A stretch of DNA of 64,000 nt from the human T2T-CHM13v2.0 reference genome, Homo sapiens, in NCBI RefSeq assembly GCF_009914755.1, contig NC_060929.1; one strand, given 5' to 3'. The notes beneath the pieces were generated by a model that was not told the origin of the DNA, ran no database searches, and worked only from the letters and a program-made list of their open reading frames with translations. Positions 54,721 to 64,000 of the stretch are shown here, one piece after another. Made by a program: the position numbers and the translations under genes. Numbering within the stretch: position 1 is the stretch's first letter; every line of letters starts with the position of its first letter.

Positions 54721-56679
54721 GTATTTACATTTGTTTATAGTTTTGAGTTTAGGCAACTAAAATGTGTGGTTTTTAATGAGTTTGGTAGGAAATGAAGATG
54801 TGATTGAAAAGTTCTTTCTTATCTTTGGATTTATACTATCGACAAATATATTCTGCCTCTGGCTTTAGCTTTCTGTTGTATATGTTTCCGAATAAAAGAT
54901 TTTTTCTCTCTCTTATTTTAATCAAAAAGAGACCATCTCTCTGAAAGCATTGTTTTCACATAAAAAAAAAACAAGAAAAAAACCCAGCAGAGTTAAATTT
55001 AAATGTTAATTCACATTTTATTCTCTGGATATTTGTAATCTTTATTTGTTAATTAGATATTTTTAAGTAAAAAATAATGAACATTAGAGATATTGTAGAT
55101 AAAGGTAAAGGTTTTACTTTGTTAGCTTTAGCATTATAAAGAAACCATGTGAATTCTTTTAGGATGGACACACTAGGCAATTTTTTCTCACATCCACCTA
55201 TTTTGTTATAAGTTTATTTATTATTATTAAATTGATTATTAATTATATATTAACTTGCTTTCATGTTTTATCTTACCCACATAAAACTGCACAGATCGCC
55301 TTCCTATTTCATTCAACCAATGATAATTGCCCACTAACTTTTTATACTATTATTGAAGCTTTTTATTGAAAGAGATTTTAACTTCAGTCCAATATCATAT
55401 TTCCATTGGGATTTTGCCTTGAGACAAGATTTGAAAAATAAATCTTTCTTTTTTGTTTATCAATTACCCCAAATTATATTGGCAACTACTGTTTCTTAGT
55501 ATAATAAAAAATGGTCAAAGTTAATAGTGTCAAAAGGATTCTAAAGTTGCCTTGATAGCATACTGTCTCCTGTCGCTAAATTTGTGACCTAACTCCCATA
55601 ATGTAACAGTTAACTAACATTAAAATTGCCCATAGACATAAACCACAATCACCATGGAAATCCAGGAGCTCATACTTAGAAAGACAAACTCCTACATCTA
55701 AATGCCTACTCCAAAAACTACCAGCATGAACCTTTCAAACAAAAAATAATCATATACTATTTTAAGAGGCTTAACATGTCATTTGACAGAATAGCAATCT
55801 TACAGAGTCTTGGTTGGGAAGCAAAAACAAACCAATTCTAACTCATGAAGGCTTGAAGCTACGGGTTAGAATCAGTTTGTTTTTGCCAACTATTAGACTC
55901 AACTTCAACATTTTCCTAAAGAGTTTGCATTCTAATATTCACTGACTACATTAATAGACTCAGTTATCACTTAAGATTTATATTTCAAACAGGTAATTAA
56001 CAAATGTTTAATAATTAAAACAATAAACATTAACCTAGCCCAGTGCTCTGTATTAAACTTTCCGACTAAGTTAAAAAACTAAAAGAATGTGGTACTTCTA
56101 TATTCTGACCACAATATACTGTTAAGTAGGGAAAAGCAGGTTACATATGAAATAGTCTCTTTTAAGGAAAGTGTACATAATTATGTATTAAATACATCTG
56201 CACAGAAGAGTCTGGCAGCATATATATACTTGATGATGGGGAAGGAGATAGGACTTAAAGAGACTTAACAGGCAATTCCCTTTTCTACTTGTCTTAATTC
56301 TTGGATGTTTAAAGCAATAATTATGAATAACTTTAAAAGTCAGAACTAAAACCCCTAATTTCCACTTCAAAAGAACATCTAATAGAATGAAGCCTCCTAG
56401 CTTGCTGAATTGAAAAGAGTAATCTAAGGGTGGAGTAAGCACATGTAAAGAGAAATAGTCATGCAAGAACATAGGCAATCGTCGCCAGTGGTACATTGAG
56501 TAGAGCTGTGGGCCTCTGCAGTGTGAAGGGATGGAAAGACTGGGCAGTCAGGGAGGGTGTGCCAGGAAAGGTGAAACTGCATCATGCAAGGCAAAGGGTC
56601 ATCACAATGATGGGAGCCTAGAAAGACTCCAGTCAGGCATGCTCCATCCCTCCAGGCATCTGGGCTAACCATCTCCCCT

Positions 56680-57125
56680 GACTGGAACACTCTTTCACCA
56701 GAAATACACAAGGCTCACTCCCTGGCTTGCTTCATGTCTTTGCTCAGATGTCACCTTATGGTTGGGCATACTCACCCTGGCAGTCTATCTAAAACTTAAG
56801 AAGCTGCCCACAACACTTTGATCTCCCTTACTCTGTTCTATTTTTTTTCCATAGCACTTATCACCATCTTAACTCTTGTATAAATTAACTTATTCATCAT
56901 ATTTATGGTTTGTTTCCTACCACTAGAACGTAAGCTTCATAAGGCCATTGATTTTTCTGTTTTGTTTTACTGTTGTATCTCCAGCAATCAGAACTATTGT
57001 TTGCAATATTATTATAATTATTATCATTAGAAATAGTAGTAGTTTTACTTTATTCTTGTCATCCTTCCTTTTCTTCAAGGCATAATTCAGGTTCAATAAA
57101 TGGTTGTTGCAGGAATGAATGAATT
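56680..57125. mobile_element. L2 3' end
   Basis: ccactagaacgtaagcttcat...tcaataaat...gaatgaatgaat. Confidence 0.65.
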
Positions 57126-57429
57126 GCTAAGGCTTAATTGAAGATGTATGTACTGTGCAGTATTCTAAGTGCTTTGTATTCACTTTTTAAAGTTAGTGAT
57201 ACACATTTCTTTCCCCTTCCATTTCCTCCTCACCCCACCTCTTGTATTACATTGCCCTTTACCGTCTTTTTACACTTGTTCACTTTGCTTTCCCACTGGA
57301 CGTTTTCAAACAATCTTTTATTTTTCTCCTCATCTTTATTAGCTACTTCTAGATTATCACTTTTACATTTGACACCACTTGCTAACCCCTTATACCTGCT
57401 CCGTACACACAAATACACATATATTCCTC

Positions 57430-58300
57430 ATCACCCCCATGCCAACCACCACCATCACCACTCCTACCATCACCACTACCACACCACCACCATCACTACC
57501 ACCATCCCCACCACAGACTTCACCACCTCTACCTCCACCACCATCACCTCTACCAGCACCTCCACCACCACTACCACCAGCACCATCACCACCTCTACCT
57601 CCATCACCATCACCACCATCATCACCTCTATCTCCACTACCACTACAAACACCACCATCACTACCACCATCCCCACCACAGCCATCACCACCTCCGCCAC
57701 CATCACCACCACTACCACCAGCACCATCACCACCTCTACCTCCATCACCATCACCACCTCTACCTCCATCACCATCACCACCTCTACCTCCACCAGCATC
57801 ACCACCATCATCACCTCTATCTCCACTACCACCATCACTACCACCATCCCCACCATAGCCATCACCACCTCCACTACCATCACCACCTCTACCTCCACCA
57901 CCACTACCACCAGCACCATCACCACCTCTACCTCCACCACCATCACCACCATCATCACCTGTATCTCCACTACCACCATCCCCACCACAGCCATCACCAC
58001 CTCCACCACCATCACCAGCTCTTCCTCCACCACCACCAGCAGCACCATTACCACCATCACTACCCCTACCTCTGCCACCATCATCACCATCATCACCACC
58101 ACCACCTCCACCACCCCCATCACCACCACCACCATCACTTACCACCATCCCCACCACAGCCATCACCACTTCTACCTGCACCACCACCACCATCACCACC
58201 TCCACCACAGTCAACACCACTGTTATTAATACCACCACCACCATCACCACTACCACCATCATCACCACCACTACCCATCAACATTACCACCACTGCCATC
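57430..58300. repeat. Degenerate (CCA)n/(TGG)n trinucleotide array, ~870 bp
   Basis: Read directly; gives rise to poly-Thr/Pro/His/Gly/Val pseudo-ORFs. Confidence 0.96.
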
Positions 58301-58511
58301 AAAAGGCAAGGGCAACCATATTTCTGACAAGGGAGAGAAGACTTGAAATCTTAGCTTTAAGGACTAGATGATTTAAGGGAAAGCCCTAAAGCATGAATTA
58401 GCTTTAAATACGTAAGATTGTTTTATATTAATTTAGATTTCTCTTAGTTCAAGTGAAATAGTAGATTTCTAGAGTCTCTAATGAAGGTCAATTCTTATCA
58501 TCCTTTTGAAG

Positions 58512-58685
58512 TTGAGAAGAAATTAGAAGAAAAGGAAGCTGAGAAAAAAGCAGCAGCTTCCCTGGCTGAGCTTCCACTTCCTACACCTCCTCCTGCTCCT
58601 CCTCCTGAACCAGAAAAAGAGAAGGAAATTCATCAAAGCCATGTGGCTTCAAAAACTCCTACTGCAAAAGGAAAACCTCAATCAG
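58512..58685 (+). CDS. SPEF2: SPEF2 coding exon (~exon 19), VEKKLEEKEAEKKAAASLAELPLPTPPPAPPPEPEKEKEIHQ...KGKPQS
   Basis: ccttttgaag| acceptor, CAG|gtgatt donor, 174 nt, phase 1 to 1; ORF 58481..58693. Confidence 0.94.
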
Positions 58686-58773
58686 GTGATTGACAGAATG
58701 ATTTATAATCCTGTTTTCAGTTTCTTATTTTTACTCAGTAAAGAATTATAAATTATAGTCTATCTACATTCAG

Positions 58774-58844
58774 ACTTTGGGCAACTTCAATCATATGAAA
58801 CAAGGCTTTACACTCAGATGGAAGTGGAAAAGCCCTCGGAGTAG
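58774..58844 (+). CDS. SPEF2: Candidate alternative terminal exon DFGQLQSYETRLYTQMEVEKPSE* after the 58512-58685 exon
   Basis: acattcag| acceptor after an 88-nt mini-intron; open in phase 1 up to TAG; AATAAA at 59053. Confidence 0.45.
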
Positions 58845-59784
58845 CTAAAAGCGTAGTTGTTACAAAGCCCAACTTCTTTGCCATGTAGGAGGAGACATGG
58901 AGTCATCACACCTAGGTCTACTGATTAGAGTAAGACCACAGACGAGAAGAGGAAAAGGCACAGAGTAACAGGTAACTTCAGGCAGATCAAGAGGATACAC
59001 GTCTGTGTGCTGAACTATAGAGTTACATTTATGTAATGAGTAAGAACATCTTAATAAAATAAGAATGAGTATAGCTGGTTTTCCACCAGAATAAGGGAAC
59101 AAATTAACAGCAACCATTAGAACTAGAATTTATATGTAATTGTAAATCTTCAGGACTATGTGATTATAAAAGTATAGAAACAAGCTCCTGCCATCTCAGT
59201 AAACATATATTTATGGACACAGAGATAAAGAGCCTAGATAGAGAACACTTTTAGTTTAAGTTTGTTCTAGATCCTTAACCGCTATGGACCATAAGTCTAG
59301 CATTAAGTGGCAGACAATGAATATAATGACAAAAGTGAAGTGCTTAATTGTTGTAATGCATGATATTGGTAGAGTGTCAGTATCCATTTGTGTGTGTATA
59401 TAAAACAAATGAGGCTCTGGTTTCTAGTTTCAGCTTTATAAATGGCTGACTGTGCAGTTACACCATGTCTACCTAAGTATCTTTGATACTGTGTCATGAC
59501 CACATTTCTAAACTCTATAGTCTTTCTGCCTCACGGAGATTTGAGATAGGTCTTAATTTTTAAAATTAAACTTATTCATATTAAACAAAGACATATGAAG
59601 ACTTTAGTAAGATATATTATGATATATTAAAGACCATTCTGCTCCAGGAAATTAGAAATTAACTACAGGCAAAATACACACATCCTAAAAAATGTTTTTA
59701 TCATGTCAACAATAAAACACAAAGACATGAATTAAACATACACCCTTTTCCCGCTGTCTCATTAGGAAATTAAAAAACAATTCA

Positions 59785-60159
<375 letters not shown>

Positions 60160-60829
60160 TCACAGTGGGTCAGGTGAGCCTAGAATTATCGAATATCGTC
60201 CTTTAACCTATAGCTATGACTCTAGGTTAAAGCTCCTCCTCAGCTTGCTCCAGTCAAGAGTATCTATGTATTTGAGCCATTTCCTGAAACCAGACTCTAG
60301 TGTTTCTGATCAGACCAGCTCAGTCTTTAAGTTTCTGAAGTTTGTTTGCTATTTTATAATTATATTCTTGAATACTGTGCATTGAAGAAATAATAAATCT
60401 ATTGTTGCTTTAAAGAGTGGTTGTACTTGTCTTTTTTTCCCCACCAAGGTCAAGGCTAGTGCCTGATATTTAAGAATGTTTAGAAAGGTTAATCTCGAGA
60501 GTCTTAATTGCTGCCACCCAACCTTACTGTGATGGACATTGATAGGGCAGGAGAGCAGACAGCACTGCCCCTGCAGCTCAGGGAAGCTTGGTTAGGCAAT
60601 TTGAGAGAGGAACATTTATCACAGGTTTTTAAAATGTTTTGTGTAAATAATTTACAAATTTTCCAAAATGGAACATTTTTAGAACTGAAAGCCTGAGGCT
60701 TCTGAACATGCCCTACTCAAACATCTAATTACAATCTTCAGCAGAAGTTGAGATGAAAAGAGGAATTATTCACTAAAAAACCAAATGAAATTTTAAAAAA
60801 GGGCTAGAGTAGGCATAGTACATTGAATC

Positions 60830-60937
60830 CTATTTTGTTATTTTGTTAAAAAATTTTGTTATTTTGTTAAAATTTTGTTAAAAAATTGTTATTTTGTTAT
60901 TTTGTTAAAAATTTTGTGATTTTTGTTAAAAAATTGT
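60830..60937. repeat. AT-rich tandem repeat (ATTTTGTT / ATTTTGTTAAAA units)
   Basis: Read directly. Confidence 0.85.
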
Positions 60938-61794
60938 TCTATATTTTATTCAGTTCCATATTTTATATCTCCTTCCATTATACTTGGGATTAAATTTGAA
61001 AAACTCCATAGTTATGTTCCATTGAAGGGTCTATTATCAAATGCAGTATCAATTGTCACTATTTAATTGAGAATTAGTTCTTAGTATGGCACAATAGAAT
61101 AATACTACCTATACTTCTATTTAGGTTTTTCTTTCTTTCCCTCCCTCTCTCCCTTCTTTCCTTCCTTCCTTACTTCCCTCCCTCCCTCCCTCCCTCGCTA
61201 TCATCCCCCGTCTTTCTTCCAAATTTAGTGGTCAACTACTTGGATTTTTAAATATCCATTTAGAGAGATTAACAAAGTCACCTGTCTTATTTCTGTGGAA
61301 TCTTGGTTATCATGTCTGTGATATTTAATGTAAGTGAAATCTGCTAGGCATTTATACATTCTTATAACTATCACTTCTAAATACAAAAAAATAGGTTAAA
61401 GGGAGTCTGTCTCCATCACAGGCATTTCAATTGCCATACTGGTTCATCCTTTAAAATGAAGGAGAAAACTATAGCCCAGGACCAGGGAGGAAAATAATTA
61501 AAATCATTTGGTAAATAATGCAGGATGTAGTGAATTTTTTTTAAAGGAACAAACTCATTAATTGGGGCATCTCCAGATCATCAGTTTTCCAATTTCTCCC
61601 TTCCAATATATTTCTGAACTATATCCCAGGGAATTTAAGATAAATATACTCACATCATTCTTTGTATTACAATTACAGTCAATGAAAAATGTAGAAGTCA
61701 CAAGGCAACCAAGAGTGTGACCAAGAGAAGTTCAAGGGTGCAACATATCAAAATAATGTGGTTATTTACCTGTTCTTCAAAGTGTTTGGCCATT

Positions 61795-61957
61795 ATTTTT
61801 ATTTTATTTTATTATTTTATTTATTTATTTATTTAATTTTTAGAGACAGGGTCTCACTATGTTGCCCAGGCCATACTCAAACTCCTGGGCTCAAGCCATC
61901 CTCTAGCCTCAACCTCATCAATAGCCGGGACTACAGGTGCATGTCACTGTACCTGGC
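61795..61957 (-). mobile_element. FLAM/AluJ monomer
   Basis: tagagacagggtctcactatgttgcccagg...ctcaagccatcctc. Confidence 0.85.
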
Positions 61958-62375
61958 TTTGGCATCATTTTTATCACAGATACAGTTGTCTTGTTGTATA
62001 GGCACATTCAGTTGAAACAAATCCAAATACAGCCATATGCTCCAAATGGATTTGTGATTAACTTTTAAAAATGCCACAGCTAGTTCCATTAAAGAGTTTA
62101 TGATCAAATCCACTACCAAATGTTTATATTAAAGTTAGGACTAAACATCTCAATGTGACAGAATAATGCTGCTATTAGAGCTATCATTCCAGAAGTTTCA
62201 ACCCATAGTCTGTCTTCAGGATAATTTTAACTCAAAGTAAAAACCTGAGCCATTTTATGCAGTTCACAAATGTAACTGTTTACCTATGGGAAATAGCATT
62301 AGCTTGCTTACAATCATATAGCCCAGGCTATTGAAGTAAATCATCAATGATTTTTGTGTGTCGAATTTTGTTTAG

Positions 62376-62450
62376 AAGCCCCGCATGGTAAGCAAGAATC
62401 TCTTCAGGAAGGAAAAGGGAAGAAAGGTGAGACCGCACTCAAAAGAAAAG
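62376..62450 (+). CDS. SPEF2: SPEF2 coding exon (~exon 20), EAPHGKQESLQEGKGKKGETALKRK
   Basis: ttgtttag| acceptor, AAG|gtacag donor, 75 nt, phase 1 to 1. Confidence 0.9.
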
Positions 62451-63016
62451 GTACAGCAGATAAAAATATATATAATTACATGTAATTCTGCATTTTATAA
62501 CTATCTCAGTGAAAATAGCTAGATTTGTATAGTAGTATACATTGACCACTTCTCTCAGGCATTTGTAAATCATAAGCCCTTGCCAAAGAATATAGTCGCA
62601 AACTTTCTGCATCCTGGCGCTTACCAAAGGCCCTGCTGAGAAAAGTGATGCTTGCAGGGATAATTTAGACAATATCTAATATACAGAATATCCATTTATC
62701 AGAGATATTTTAGCTGTTATCCTTGGACTAAGCTGTGCCATCCGAAAGCTACATACTGAATCAAGTTTTCTTGGACCCCTTATTGGATTTCCTTCACTGA
62801 TAAGCACTTCGGTAAAAAATAAAATAAAAATCTTACATTACCTTAGAACATTTACAAAACTAAGAAAGGAGCCTTGGTACAATACTGTTAACTAAAGCAG
62901 AACATTTAATTTTTGCCATCTATTTTTAGTGGAACTCTTGAAGTTTTTGAGACCTGTCTACATTTTTTTGTAATCCTTTAAGCCAGTAATTTATAAACAA
63001 TTAAAAATATGAACTG

Positions 63017-63298
63017 GAGCTGGGCGCAGTGGCTCATGCCTGTAATCCCATCAGTTTGGGAGGCTGAGGTGGGCAGATCCTGAGGTCAGGCGATCAAGAC
63101 CATCCTGGCCAACATGGTGAAACCCCATCTCTACTAAAAAAATACAAAAATTAGCCAGGCATGGTGGCACACACCTGTAGTCCCAGCTACTCAGGAGGCT
63201 GAGGCAGGAGAATCCCTTGAATCCGGGAGACACGGAGGCTGCAGTGAGCCAAGACTGCGCCACTGCACTCCAGCCTGGGTGACAGACTCTGTCTCAAA
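63017..63298 (+). mobile_element. Alu (S family)
   Basis: Alu dimer consensus. Confidence 0.95.
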
Positions 63299-64000
63299 AT
63301 ATATATATATATTTTATATATATTTTATATATAGTATATATATTATATATAGTATTATATATTTTATATATAGTATATATGTTATATATAGTGTTATATA
63401 TTTTATATATAGTATATATATTATATATAGTATTATATATTTTATATATAGTATATATGTTATATATAGTATTATATATTTTATATATAGTATATATGTT
63501 ATATATAGTATTATATATTTTATATATAGTATATATGTTATATATAGTATTATATATTTTATATATAGTATATATGTTATATATAGTATTATATATTTTA
63601 TATACAGTATATATATTTTATATAGTATATATTTTATATACAGTATATATATTTTATATAGTATTATATATTTTATATACAGTATATATATTATATATAG
63701 TATTATATATTTTATATATAGTATATTTTATATATAGTATATATATTATATATAGTATATATTTTATATATAGTATATATATTATATATAGTATATATTT
63801 TATATATAGTATATATATTATATATATATTTTATATATAGTATATATATTATATAGTATATATTTTATATATAGTATATATATTATATAGTATATATTTT
63901 ATATATAGTATATATATTATATATAGTATATATTTTATATATAGTATATATATTATATATAGTATATATTTTATATATAGTATATATTTTATATATAGTA
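63299..64000. repeat. TA-rich minisatellite (~39-bp unit TATATAGTATTATATATTTTATATATAGTATATATGTTA) running off the window
   Basis: Read directly; 13-aa periodicity in ORFs 63279 and 63379. Confidence 0.95.

Noticed and set aside
57138-58271. Long ORFs (363 aa Thr-rich mucin-like, 293 aa Gly-rich, 220 aa Val-rich, 159 aa extensin-like)
   Set aside because: All are frames of the stop-free (CCA)n/(TGG)n array; there is no splice or promoter support
63279-63840. Ile/Tyr-rich ORFs of ~150 aa
   Set aside because: Translations of the TA-rich minisatellite

Overview
This is AT-rich primate genomic DNA, almost certainly human, from the middle of SPEF2 (sperm flagellar 2/KPL2, the ciliary/flagellar central-pair C1b protein) on the + strand. 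Fourteen consecutive coding exons between 3526 and 62450 splice into one open frame with consistent phases. By my recollection these are exons 7-20 of the full-length mRNA; that numbering was not looked up. They encode the coiled-coil region, the adenylate-kinase-like P-loop (GKTLSGKT) and a Pro/Lys/Glu-rich linker, and one intron is GC-AG. The introns hold Alu, L1, L2/MIR, MaLR LTR and MER5A relics plus several simple repeats. The most interesting region is the 20.7 kb intron after 19200, which could split the gene in two. It contains a read-through stop and poly(A) signals that would end an N-terminal half, and a candidate internal first exon preceded by an RFX X-box and in frame with the next exon, which would start a C-terminal half. 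It also has further X-boxes and a ~600 bp near-perfect non-transposon palindrome with a template-switching signature. The isoform and regulatory claims are inferences from sequence, and some may already be annotated. Nothing prokaryotic (CRISPR, rRNA, operon) is present.
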